From the human T2T-CHM13v2.0 reference genome, Homo sapiens, in assembly GCF_009914755.1 (NCBI RefSeq), contig NC_060929.1: a stretch of 64,000 nucleotides of DNA; one strand, 5' to 3'. The position numbers and the translations under genes are program-made. The stretch's first letter is position 1. The number at the start of each line of letters is the position of its first letter. Positions 43,918-57,137 of this stretch are shown in pieces. A model generated the notes under the pieces. That model worked only from the letters and a program-made list of their open reading frames with translations, was not told the origin of the DNA and made no database searches.

Positions 43918-44756
43918 TAAGGAGACTTCAAAACGGTTGTGGAAAAATGGAATTGAAAGATAGAAGGCTGGGTGTGGTGGATCATGCCCGTAATCCCAGC
44001 ACTTGGGGAGGCCGAGGCGGGCGGATTGCTTGAGTCCAGGAGTTCGAGACCGGCCTGGGCAAACAAGGAGACCTTGTGTCTACAAAAAATACAAAAATTA
44101 ATCGGGCGTGGTGGTGTACGTTTGTGGTGCCAGCTACTCAGGAGGCGGAGGTGGGAGGATCGCTTGAGCCTGGGAGTTTGAGGATGTAGTGAGCCGTGAT
44201 TGCATTACTGCACTCCAACCTGGGTAACAGTGAGACCTTGTCTCAAAAAAAAAATAAAAAATAAAAATATAAACCTTATTTCTCAACATAAGCTCCATCA
44301 GTTTCAAGCCACTTTTAAATGATGATACCAGCCATTTGTTGGACTCATCCCTAAAGAACTGACAGGCCTGGGAATTTAACAGTGTGAATGCAGCAGTCTT
44401 TTTTGCATTATTAGCTGAAGAAAAATGTGTGTCCTTTAAAGCTTCTTAAGATTAGGAAACAAAAGGAAGTCAGAAGGAGCCAGATCAGGACTGTAAGGTG
44501 GATGCCTAATGATTTCTCATTGAAATTCTTGCCGTTGTTTGATGTTTTTTCTTGCTTTAATTTTAGCAGAACTCATGTTGCTCTAATAGGGGCTCTTTTC
44601 AAGCTGATGTCTTATCCTTCTTAGTGCCTTAGACTAGATCCTGTTCATACATGTTATAACAAGTTAGTATGAGTTTATTATGGTGCCAAAAAAAATTGAA
44701 ATCCGTCCATAGCTTTTTCATAAAACTCATTTTCCATGAACCTTAGAAGACCCTTG
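43918..44756 (-). mobile_element. Internally deleted HSMAR2 mariner with an Alu (43966-44268, +) inserted
   Basis: TIR-like ends AAGGAGACTTCAAAACGGTTGTGGAAAAATG and CATTTTCCATGAACCTTAGAAGACCCTTG match recalled HSMAR2 termini. Confidence 0.75.
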
Positions 44757-45359
44757 TCTGTGCTCTTCTGTTTTGAGAACTGGCTTCTGTTTTTGGTGAA
44801 CAAAAGCATTGTCATGTGTGATTAGGAACAAATGATACACAGTGTGGTTTTTATAATACTTCTTGAGCCCCCCTCAAGCAATTGGTGAACTCTTCACTGT
44901 GGTAGCCACAGGAGATATTCTTTGTAGTGATGTGTGGCGGGGCCGCACCGTTCCAGTCTTCCATGAAACTTGAAGAATGCTCAGTCTCTACTCTGTGGTT
45001 GTTCAAAATTTCATGTAGGGTGCAGTGTCCTCATTAGTCAGATTCCTAAGAAGAAAGTGTGTATTCAGCTGGTGTTTGTTACCGCTGACAGTATTTCACC
45101 CTGTAGGCTCTCGGTTGTGATTCTCTTCTGTCTGGCATTGTACCCCACACGGGCAATCAAGCTTTATGGTGGGTCTTGTAACTCCTAGCTTTAGTCTGAG
45201 AGTGAAATGGATCCCTTTACACTTCTCACATCATCTCAGACCTTCTGGGTTCATTGTCTTTCTTGAAATAACATTTGTTACCCTCTCAGAGCCCAGGCTG
45301 AGGCAAAAAGTTTTCTTATCCTCTCTGTTAGTGAAAATATTTTTTTCCACCTTGCCTGA

Positions 45360-45560
45360 GAGTCAGCAAACAATGGTTTCCAGGCCAAATCTGACTTGCC
45401 ACCTGGTTTTGTCGATAAAGATTTTTTGAAACATATTAATTTACATATTGTCTGTGGTGGCTTTCGTGCATAGTAAAGTTGAGTAGCTGTGACAGAAACC
45501 TTATGGCTCTCCAAGCCTTAACTTATTTCCTGTCTGGCCCGTTACAGACAAAGATTGAGA
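45360..45560. mobile_element. MER58-like hAT element
   Basis: GTCAGCAAAC...GGCCAAATCTG...AGTTGAGTAGCTGTGACAGA...TCTGGCCC. Confidence 0.65.
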
Positions 45561-48172
45561 TTCCTATCCTATTCCACCCTGTTTGAGAGTCCCTGCTTTC
45601 CGGAGGGGTTTCAGTTTTAACTTCCCGCCTTCTGAGGGTCTGATTCTTGTCTTTGTCACCCATGTGGTGGTTAAAGATGAAGCCTCTTGGTTATTTCAAC
45701 TTGTGGCTTACCACTCTGGTTTTCAACTTCCCTATTTTTCTATTTTTTATTTTTTTGCCATTAGAAATGTCCTTTTTTGAAAACAGCAGCGTCTGTGTAG
45801 TTTGCAACTAAAGAAAGTTGCTTTTGAACTCCATAAGCTGCTCGAGGTCAGGTACTGCCTTGTCCTGCATCTCCAGCTCCTAGCCTGGTACCTGGCATGT
45901 AGTAGCCATTGGAGTCCTCCTCAGAGGACCACAGCAGAATGGGAATTCAGGTATTTGATGCTGCCAGCTGTGCCAGTACCCATTTTCCCAACCCTCACTA
46001 CGCTACGTAGGCCTCTGATTCAGCACTTGGCTGTGGCCTGTGGCTTGATCTCTTGGCCTGTGTGAGGCTTGTGCCTCCTCCCCTCAGTCATGGGGTGCTG
46101 GGCTTGCCCCACCCTGTCCAGGTCTTGTCTTGGTGTGCACAGGAATGAGGACTGCAGGGAGGAGAGCAGGAAGGTAGATTTCCTTCCCAGGAGTCCCTTT
46201 CTGAGCTGGACATGTGCTTTCTGTTCAGGCTCATAACCCTACCTGGAGGAAAAATGTGGACCAATAAGTGTCCTGACTCTGGACATTCGCATTTCTTCCC
46301 TTTTGGGCAGGGGAATGGAAAGACAGCTACATGAGAATGCTTCCATCCACTAAGTAGACATGCAAAAAAATATTTCTCGAATTAAAAAAAATGAAGATTC
46401 TTTAAGGATTGGCTGTGCAGCATTGGTCTTTGTGGTCCCTGTATATTATACCTCAGGAGTCTGCTTCACTTTTAAGTGAATCCTGATGTGTGCCACAGAT
46501 AAATATGTCTATGTTATCTGTATATGTATTATTTTCTCTTGTATGTAAAAAGTTACTTTTCTTTGTAAAAGAATTCACAGTGAGATTATTAAAAATCAGC
46601 AGTTCTTAAGAGTTTACTTAAAAAATTTTTTTTTTAAATTTACCTAAACTGCAAGGAGGATTTAGGGCCTCTTTTGTGCTCCTAATCATCCTGGCACCCA
46701 TCACACCCTGGTTTATAAGTGCTTGTTGTCTTTTCTCCTCCAGCAGTCCATAAGCCCCTTGAGGATAGAATCCTGTCTTCATCACCTTTTATCCCCAGTT
46801 CCTAGCTCAATATTTGGTACATTTTAGACACTCAGTAAATATTTGTTGAATTTAGTTGAATAAAACATTTTTATTTTATGTACAACTTGCTCAGGAGTAA
46901 ATATGTTGTAAGGTACTTCTGCATTCTAAAATCATTGCTAGCATCTACGTCTTCAGTAATTTAAAAAGGAAGTCAAGATGTGCCTGAAAATTTACCTCCT
47001 TTTCTTCCTAAAACACACACGCTAATATGTGCATGTGCGTGTATATGCACATACCACAAAATCAAACCCCAAACCATATATATTAAACTAGGGAAAATAT
47101 AAAGGCTATTTTTTTTTCACTATAACATTTGTCTGATGGTGAGTTGTATTTTTAATTTTGGGGGATGTGTTGTTAGAGTCAGGTGAGGTCTGTGGATTAA
47201 CAAACATGGAGAGTTCTGTTAGTTTCTGGTTTATTATCGACCACTTTTAGCTTTTTGGGATCAGGGTAGGACATAAATACATTAAGATAATTAAATGTAA
47301 TTTTTGTTATAGTAGGTGTTATTTCTTTGTATAATGGTTATAAAAAACTGATTACTCATTGTTAGAAGTGTTTTCTCATAGTTCAGACTGTCGCGTCTGT
47401 AATTTGATTAGAAAAGTATTCATGAGCACCTGTGTGTCAGTGCAGCTCCAGATGCTGAGGACACAACACAACTGAGAAACAAAACAAAGTCCCTGCCCTC
47501 AAGGAGCTTGTGTTTTACTGTATTTTTGTATGGGTGTGTGTGGGGGGTGGTGGGTGAGTGGTACAGAAAAATATTTCAGGTGTTGATGAGTGCTAAGAAG
47601 AAAAACCAAATGGTATAAGAGGAATAGAGAGCAAAAGTGTACGTGATACTATGATACAAGGTGCCAGCTGACTCTGGAGCAGAGGCCTGCATGGAGGGAG
47701 GGAGCAGCTCTGCAGGTGCGGGGAAGAGCAAGCCAGGTGTTTTGGAGAGTACTGGGAGGCTGTAGCTGGGGCTGGAGCCCACTCAGTGGGGAATGGTAGG
47801 AGCAGAGACCAGAGAGGCAGAGAGGGGGACTATATGAGGAATAAGGCCATGAGGCAGGAGCCCCTGGAGCTCTCTGAGCGCAGGAGTAATTGATACCATC
47901 TGATTCACGTTTAGATGGATCATCCTGGCTAGCTATCATGTGGATAATGGTCTGGAGAGTGTGGTGACAAGGGACACCCATTGGGAGACCCCCATGGTTA
48001 TCTAGGGGTGAGGTGATGGTGGTCTGGACCAGCGGTTAGGCAGTGGTTGAATTCTGGATTTTTTGACGTGAAGAAAGAAAATGAAGAGTGAAGGGTAACC
48101 CCCAACTGAAGCAGTATTCTGATTATGCTTTGATTTATTATTTGCTTTTTTTTTTTTTAAATTCTTTAACAG

Positions 48173-48267
48173 AACCGAGATTAAGCGTAGCTCCTGAAAT
48201 GGATATCATGGACTACTGCAAAAAAGAATGGAGAGGAAATACACAGAAAGCAACGTGTATGAAAATG
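48173..48267 (+). CDS. OTULIN: OTULIN exon 3 (95 nt)
   Basis: Poly-T tract and ACAG acceptor; [32 protein letters not shown]; donor ATG|GTATGA. Confidence 0.97.
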
Positions 48268-50254
48268 GTATGACACAGAGGTGCACATATTTCAGGTCTT
48301 TCAAATAGTCTATCATAAGTTGTTTAATATGTCATTTGATATTTTTAGACATTAGTTAAAATGACTGCTATAGACGTTATTATTGGTGTTCTAATTTTAG
48401 AGTTAAGGAAATAGACTCCAAAGATAAGGGTTTTGTTTTAAGTCACAGTATTAATATAGAATCAGCATCAGTTATTCAGTGACGCAATTTCTTTGAAAAA
48501 CACGTAAATGACTGCTGTTCAGAGTTGGGCCAGCTCTTGGTTGTCCTCTTGGGGCCATTTGGGAATGTCCTTTTTGGTCTGGTGTTATAAAATAAAAGCC
48601 TCAGGGATGCCTCAGGCCGATTCCACACTTCTGCTTTCCACAGCACATTGAGTTTGCTTACACACCCTCTGGTCCTGGGGCCTAGAACCTTCTTGGACTC
48701 CCTACACAGGGGAATCAGGAACTGCTCCCTTCAAGATAGTCTCCAAGGCTGTGGGATGACATTGGAGATTCATATGATGTGGTCCTGCTGTGACTGTTTG
48801 GTCCGGTTCATTACTCAGCTCAGACACCATGGCCTACATACACCACACAGCTGATCAAGCAGCAGACCCTGTGGGCTCTACCCTCAGATGTATACCAAAT
48901 CCAGTATTATCAGTAGGGTGAACCATGTGAATTGCTCAAAAACAGTCAAATAGCAGATTTAACCTAAGACTTCCATGACCTCTTGAAACCTCTGGGTTTA
49001 TCTTTTGCTCATTTTTCTCTTGGGATTATTTACATTATGAATTTGAATGCACTTCTTATATATTAGAGATACTGACTGTCATATTTAATAGAAATATCTT
49101 TAACTTTTTTTGGTTAGGATTTTAAATTTTTAAATATTTGAATATTTAGTTTTTTCCTCAGAGCTCATTTTTATAGAAAATGATTGCTCATCTTTCAGCA
49201 TGTACCTCAGCTGCCCATGGGCTGACCTTAGAAAAATCTAGCTGCCACTTGTAAAGCTCTGAGAGCAGATGATAGTTCTCTGCAAGTCTGATATGTAGAT
49301 GCTTTGTGTTTTAGGCGTTGGTTAGAGAACTCAATTATGAAAAACCTGGAATTCTTAGTTCCTGCCAGAGGTTAAGAACATTTATATTTTTGCTAAATAT
49401 GCTGTTGGTCACTTGCAGATTTTCCAACTCTAGCCCATCAGGACCCATGGCAGTAATTAGAGCATCTCAGATGCCTGAAAACAGCTTTCACCTCCATTCT
49501 ATTTTAGTCCTTATTGGCGTAATTGTCTGTTTTTGTTTCGAATATTCTTTTGGAAGTAAGTTTCTACAAATTCAGATTTAATTTTATTCTGAAATAGCCT
49601 GAGTAATTTATGCATTTGGAAAGGTACAACTGCAGTTGGATTTGCATAAGTATTCTGGGGTAATTGAGGTTTACCATAGGCAAGAAGTACATAATTATTA
49701 GTAGGTGTGATTCTGCCTGATGGAACCTTATGTGTTACAGTGGTTGGACCACTAAATAAAAATGCAACCCTCAAAATGTTGTTATTGGGGGAAAAAAGTA
49801 CTTTTATATTCACTTAAAACATCATCCTATGACTTGAACCTTGAAAACAGCTAGTAATGAGGTTCTAGTACCTGGACACACAGGACAGAGGTGGTCTGCA
49901 TTGCGTCCACCCCACGATGAGGGTAACACTTCTTTCTTTCTGTGAGTGCAGGGTAGGAAGTGGGTCTTGAGTGACTGTCAATGAAAAGTTGGATGAGTTA
50001 AGGGGCTGACTCGACCCAGGGTCAGGGAGATGGTGGGCAGTTCAGTCAGTCTCAAGGACTGTGCATGTGTCTAGCTGGAGAAGCCAGGCATCATCATGCC
50101 TGCTGGGGGACCAGACTCACTAGGATTTTTTGGTGTCTTTTCAGGGTACGTTTCAGAATGGTCCATTGGATGGCTGTTTTTGAGTGCCCAAGCATGTCAC
50201 TGAATATTTTCATTTGCTTGTTTCACTTCCAGACTGAGCAAGAGTGACACTTCA

Positions 50255-50679
<425 letters not shown>

Positions 50680-50954
50680 TTAGTAGGAAAATATAAACTT
50701 AGTTTAGCTCTCTTTTTTCTTGCCTTTTTTTTTTTTAAAAGAGTTTAGGGTCATTTGAAACACAGAGTAAACCCTTCAAAATGTTGTTTGCCAGTGAGTA
50801 AGTGTTAAAACAATTGCTTAGAAAGGGACATAAAACTCCAACTTTGGGCATCCTCCCAGTGATCCCAGGCCAAGCTTTTTCCACAGGAATGAAACTTTCT
50901 CTGCTATCTCAAGTCAGTAACGACCATTTTGAATTCTTTCATACCTTTTCCCAG

Positions 50955-51098
50955 GGCTATGAAGAGGTTTCTCAGAAGTTCACCTCCATACGGCGAGTCC
51001 GTGGTGATAATTACTGTGCACTGAGGGCCACGCTGTTCCAGGCCATGAGCCAGGCTGTGGGGCTGCCGCCCTGGCTGCAGGACCCGGAGCTCATGCTG
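50955..51098 (+). CDS. OTULIN: OTULIN exon 4 (144 nt), catalytic Cys129
   Basis: [27 protein letters not shown]...ELML; Cys TGT at 51015-51017; donor CTG|GTACGC. Confidence 0.98.
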
Positions 51099-51749
51099 GT
51101 ACGCTGCTGCTGCAGGTTTGAGTCCAAAATGTTTCAAACAATTTTTGTGAGAAAACTTTCCCTTTCTGTCCATGCTACCTTCTAGTATCGTCTGCAGTAT
51201 GATGTCAGCATGTGCGTTTATTCAGTTTTGTGTGGCTGGGGTGATTTCACATAGTTAAATGACCAAAAATAATTGGTGTTTCCTAGAAGAGAAAAATGAT
51301 AAAATTTATATGAACAATTTAGTTGAATTAGAGAGCAGATGTTTGTATAAAGCACTTAGGAACAGTTCGATTTCAATTTTGGTGTTTATTTTAAGTAGGC
51401 TGTATATGTTACTATTTGAGAACCTGCTAGGGTTTTAGAATACACATTTCTTTAGTTTTTAGCTATAATTCAATAAATTAGTACTTTTGGCTAAGTGTGA
51501 GGATTGGCTTAGTAGGTGGCAGAACAGGAACACTAGAAGAGACATGATTACTGTCACATGGAGAGGGGCTTCCTGAGGAGCTGAGACTCAGCCTGTCCCA
51601 GGCCTGGCCCTCTTTAGCGTTTTAAATGTACCACATGGCAGACATGCACTGGAAAGTCATGTGTCTGCATGTCCTGACACGGATAAAGGCATATAGTCAG
51701 GTGGGTGATAGACTATCCTGAAAGATTTTTTGGTCAGGAATGATTGGTC

Positions 51750-51985
51750 AGAGACAGCAATATACCCATATAACAAATCTGCACATGTACCTTCTGTATC
51801 TAAAATAAAAGTTGAATTGCAAAAAAAGAAATGGCCACAGCCACCCAATCTTCAACAGCCACCACCCTGTTCAGTTAGCAGCCATCAACATCAAAGCAAG
51901 ACCCTCCACCAGCAAAAAGATTACAACTTGCTGAAGGCCCAGATGATCATTAGCATTTTTTTACCAACAAAATATTTTTAAATTA
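51750..51985 (+). mobile_element. L1PA 3' tip followed by a Tigger1 fragment
   Basis: ATAACAAATCTGCACATGTACC...TAAAATAAAAGTTG, then CAAGACCCTCCACCAGCAAAAAGATTAC...GATGATCATTAGCATTTTT. Confidence 0.7.
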
Positions 51986-52625
51986 AAAAAAAAATGACAA
52001 TATGACATTAACTGGAAGAAAATTGAAAGTCTTGTGCTTAAATTTAAAAAATCCAAAACCCAGAAATGCTAGCCGTGGGAGATTGGCCTTATAGCAATTT
52101 ATGAAAAGAAAGAAAAAGATGTTAGGATTTTAATTATGCAAGCCCACTGTGAGCCTGCATGAAATGCGATGGCTAGCAATGATCACAAAGCCCTAGCTGC
52201 ATTTTATTTTTATTATTTTTATTTTTATTTTTTTTGATATTAAGCAAAAAGACCAACCTGGCTGCGTTTTAAAAGGAATGATTCTAAGAATTAGGCAGTG
52301 ACAGCCCCACCTTGAACTGGGCTGGTCAGAGGCCATCTCAAGCTCGGTGCCTGATAAAGTATCCTCAGCAGATGGAAATGTGGCCAGGATGCTTCTTCAC
52401 ATTCTGGGAGCCATTGAAGGAACTGGGGTGTTTTCCTAGAATAAAGAAGACTTTTAGAGGAACTTGTTGACTAAGCTAGAGGTCTTTTAGGTGGATGAGA
52501 GATCACACGCTCAGAAGGGCAAAACCAGGATTGATGGGTGAAGGATACTCCCCATCTGTTCCATGATTGTTTAATACACCAGCATAAAATCAGCACACCT
52601 ATATCAACTGTCAAAATGACATCTG

Positions 52626-52760
52626 GAGCCAAGTGTGGTGGCGCCTGTAGTGTTAGCTACTCAGGAGGCTGGGGTGGGAGGATCACTTGAGCCAGGAGTT
52701 CAAGTCCAGCCTGGGCAACATAAGGAGACCCCTTGTATTGGGGAGTCTATTAAAAAAAAA
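52626..52760 (+). mobile_element. Alu monomer (FLAM-like)
   Basis: Single arm with A tail. Confidence 0.75.
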
Positions 52761-55700
52761 CCAAAACCAACATCTGGGAAAGATATTTTCTTCTAAGCAA
52801 AGATGCATGCCATCTTAAGCCGATTTTTCAGTATTAGCTTATTTCTTTCATATAGAGGCAAGAGAAATGGATATACTAAGCTGTTTTTTCTTTTGTAAAT
52901 GATGCCATTTATTAGTAAAGTATTTCAGAATTGCCAGTTGGCGAAAGCATTCCTATGGTTGGATATAAGACCCAACTAGAGAAGCAAACAATGATTTCAC
53001 TGTTTTTGCTTTGCCTTATTTTAACTTCTGTGCTTGACAACTGTAGATATATATGACACAATTTCTAGATTTTGGTGGTGTATACCTATGTTCTTAGCTA
53101 CTCAGGAGGCTGCGCTGGCAACTGTGGCTATATTATATTAATCTACAAATCTGTATTTCTGGATAGTGACATAATATCTTCCTCAATTTTAGGCAAAATT
53201 TTCCTTTTGAGGCTTTACCTTTAAGGAGCTATTTGGATTTATGGACTTACTTGACACTAAATTTGTATTTTTATACTTTCTGAGAATCTGGGGTAAATAG
53301 TGTCCTAATTAATTAAATAAAGTATAAAATTGCTTTTAAAAAAGTTAAGTACAATGTCTCCCCCCCTTTTTTTTTGCTAGCAGGATATATTGGGTAAGAT
53401 TATCTGCCATATTAAAAATAGTCTGGGTAGATTACATTCAAACTCTAATCACTGTTACAATATGTTGCATGTGTGAGTGATGGGGTTTTAAGGTGGTTTT
53501 TCTGACTTAATTTGAGTAATGTGAAAATAGTTTTAAAATTCTTAAGTGTTCTTTCCAGTTTCTTTCCTTTTCTATGTGTATCAGCTATTATATTTTTCTG
53601 GGAGCATAATTTAATTAGTTGGTCACTTGGTTTGGTTTTTGTCATCTAATTGAATGCCAAGAGGCCTCTGTCAGAGAGGGAAAACACAGTGTACCTGCCT
53701 GTGGGTTTGATATTTATGTTTATTAAACGTTGGATCTGAATGTTAGCTGAAGAACGTCTTTGTTCTTTCCTTGCTGTCATCCAGCCAGAGGACTTGTCCT
53801 TGTGTTGCTGTTCCAGCCCTCAGCAATTTAACATAGTTTGAAAACTTGCTTTACCCAGTTCGTTTTGTGGTATCACGTCTGAGACATGATTGGATGACAA
53901 ATTCAAATTCAGCACATGCTTTGTGTTTGAGGGGCCAGTGAAGGAAGGAAGGGACCCATAAGCTTACTCTGGTTGTGCAAATCTACCAGGTGGCCCGCAG
54001 ACCCTCCTGTGGATGCCTTTCCATTCCTGTTCTCACTCTGGCCCCCCTGGCCCCACAGCCCTTCCCTTGGAAGGTCCACTCTGACAAGGGCTTTGTTGAG
54101 TGAGCGTTTCTTGCAGTGTGACTGAAATAAATCAGGGGTGGAACCTTTAGCTAGCTTTATCTGCTTCTGTTTGCAGATTGAGAGATGTTCTCTGTGGCAT
54201 GTTGCTGTCTTCTCTGTCTTTTAGAACATCATTTGGTTTTAGGGTATTAAAGGGAGCTGGGAAAGCTAGACTGAGTGACCCTCCCCTTAATCTATGCTCG
54301 GTGAAGAAGACCCGGGCTTCCTTTCTGCTGCTGCTCAGCTTTGCTGGCCTTGCTCTGTTCCCTGCCTGTGAGGCAGAGCTTTGTCCTTATTTGCCCCTCT
54401 GACAGTTCGGCTGTCCCTCACCTCCTGTCATCCTGCCCAGGTGTCCTGTTTGTTGTTCCCATTTCTGCCCAGATCCCAGTCTCCGTGTTTGGCTGCAGCC
54501 AGATCATCTGACCCTCACCCCAGCTATGGAGATGGCCTAGCCTGGCTCTCAAATGTGGGACAACACTTTGGTTCCTGAGGAGGGTACCCTTTAGAGTTTG
54601 GTTTCCAAGTTCGTTACATTTTATAATGTCTCTGAACTGGTTAGACTGTGACAGTGTTTGCTTAGAGTGAGATAGACTGTGTATCAAAATTTTTTTGTAA
54701 GTTTTGGGGATGACACATTTTTATTATTTGCTTTCTGTTGTGGTATCAAGAATTACCGGCATATGCTAGAGAAAACAGGCTGTTTTATAGTTTAGTCACA
54801 AACAAAATGACACCTAAGCTAATTACCTACTTTATTCTTGAATATTTCCAATCACTGTTTCTTGTTTAAATCTGGTTTCTTGCTTAAATTTTCTTTATTC
54901 TAATAGAAGTCCAGTTTGTGCTTAGTGGAGAACAAAGGTTATTTACGTGTGTTCCATGTGCTGTGACCTCTGAAAGCGTTTGAAGTTGTATTCACTTTTT
55001 TCTTCTGAATAAATTTGACTTCATTCTTTTCTGATGGCTTTTTTCATGCTTCATTTTTTAAAATTGTCTTAAGGATTTCTGCATTTCCTGGAAGTCTACA
55101 ACCCTGAACTGTTTGACCAGTGTGTGAAGGGAATCAGAAACAACTGTTTCTCTCTGTGTAGTTAGGTCTTCAGGGTCTCCTGAGTAATTCAGTTGAGTAC
55201 TGTACCTACTTTTTAGATAACTGTATCATGTCCCCAGATGCTCAGCCGGTCTTCTGGGCTTCCCTTCACCTCATTTCCCAGCTCACATCTGTGTAGCCAG
55301 TATTTTCTGCACATTTGTAGTTCTTTGTGCCCAATTGTAATTTTAGCTTGTTGCCACTTGAGGGCATGTGAGGTTCTTGTGATAAATCTGAGAGACTGAA
55401 TTGAAGGTTTTGCTGCAGAACTGCCACATGTTGCCGAAACGCAGGGCAGTGTGGGCACGGAGTGGGCTGGTGCAGCCTTTAGGTGGGTGGTCATTTGTTA
55501 TTCTAATAAGATGAGGAGGAGAAGTCCCTCTCCACCCTTAGTGAGTGATGTAGTTCGCCATCACTGTGGTCACAGTGAAAAGTAATTTACATCCCAATCG
55601 TGGTTCTGTGTTTTGTAGAAACCACCTTAGTTCACACGATTGCTCTAGGTTGAGAAGGTACCACCAGAATTACTATTTATGAAAGGGTCTTTTAGTCTTA

Positions 55701-55794
55701 CATTCCAGTTGAATGGAAGATTTGGCCTCATTTAAAACTGTATTTATTTTATTTTATGTATTTATTTTTATTCATTTCTTTCTTACTATATAAA

Positions 55795-56010
55795 GTTTTT
55801 AATTTTTTGGGGATGAGGTCTTGCTCTGTTGCTCAGGCTGAAGTGCAGTGGTGCAGTTATAGCTAACTGTAACCTCAAACTCCCGGGCTCAAGTGATCCT
55901 CCTGCCTCAGCCTCCTGAGTAGCTGGGAATACAGGTACATGCCACTGTGCCCAGTGAATTTTTAAACTTTTTTTTTTTATAGAAATGGGGTCTTGCTATG
56001 TTGCCTGTAC
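55795..56010 (-). mobile_element. Partial AluJ (intron 4)
   Basis: Antisense right arm and start of left arm. Confidence 0.8.
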
Positions 56011-57011
56011 TGGCAGAACTGTATTAATAACTGCTAAACAAGGTCAGGTTCCTCATAGGATATTGTAGGATTTAATTATTCTTTAATGATCTGTTGACTT
56101 GGAGGTGAACTTTTTTTCCTTTCTAAATTTTATAGCAGTGAAGTGACACACCTGTGCCCAGCCTAATTCTAGGATTTTTCTCCTGACACACCCAAGACTG
56201 TTGGAAGAGTCTTACTTCCCATGCTGTCATCAGTCAGGCTGTGCCTCAGCTTGCCTTTCAAACTGCAGATTGTGTTGATAACTAGAGGGAAACAAAGTAA
56301 CAAATACTCCAGGAATAAAAAAAATGGAAACTAGCAATGTAGTTCAGCTGTCACTTCTTTCATGAACTAAGTGAGCACAGCTCACTTAACCCTGCCTCTG
56401 ATTTTCAATTGTATGTTTTATCTTAATAGATCGATTAGATAGTTAAACTAGACATAGTATCATTTCTCTGAATGTTAAAACTTGAGTATATGTGTTAACA
56501 TTATTTAACCAAACTTTTTCTACCTTTTTTTGGTGGATTTTTTAAATGCCAGAAACTAGGTTTTATTTTTCTTATTGGGAAAGGAGAAGGTTTGGCTTCA
56601 CCCTGGACCTTCTCACATGCTCAGAAGCACTGTCCCGAGCCATGTGTTAGGTGGTGGTTGAGAGGCTGCAGTGAGTCCCATAGCCTGAAGGTGGTTGGTG
56701 TGAGGACGTGCTGTGGGCATGGCCTGCTGTGGAATGTCCTGGCGGTGGTTGGAGTCCTGCAAGGCAGATTGTGCTTTGGCTCAACCAAAAGCACCATTTC
56801 ACTCCAGCAGCCCTCCTCAGGGTGGTACTTTCTAAGTTCCTGACTTCTAGATTTAGGTCCTCCATCCTAAGCCCACATCACAGATTTGCAGAATTAATTC
56901 TGGAAACAAAGTTAGGTTTTATAGACTTTGTGGTTTCTTACAGCTTGGATTGTGTGGTGGATTTCTTGGAATGTTAACACTTCTTTATCTCTTTGTTTCT
57001 CGATGTTGTAG

Positions 57012-57137
57012 TTACCAGAAAAACTCATAAGCAAATACAACTGGATCAAGCAATGGAAACTTGGACTGAAATTTGATGGGAAGAATGAGGACCTGGTTGA
57101 TAAAATTAAAGAGTCCCTTACTCTGCTGAGGAAGAAG
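57012..57137 (+). CDS. OTULIN: OTULIN exon 5 (126 nt)
   Basis: TTGTAG acceptor; [42 protein letters not shown]; donor AAG|GTTTGG. Confidence 0.97.

Noticed and set aside
56368-56388. 9-bp hairpin TAAGTGAGC-ACA-GCTCACTTA
   Set aside because: Short enough to arise by chance in 64 kb; no supporting context
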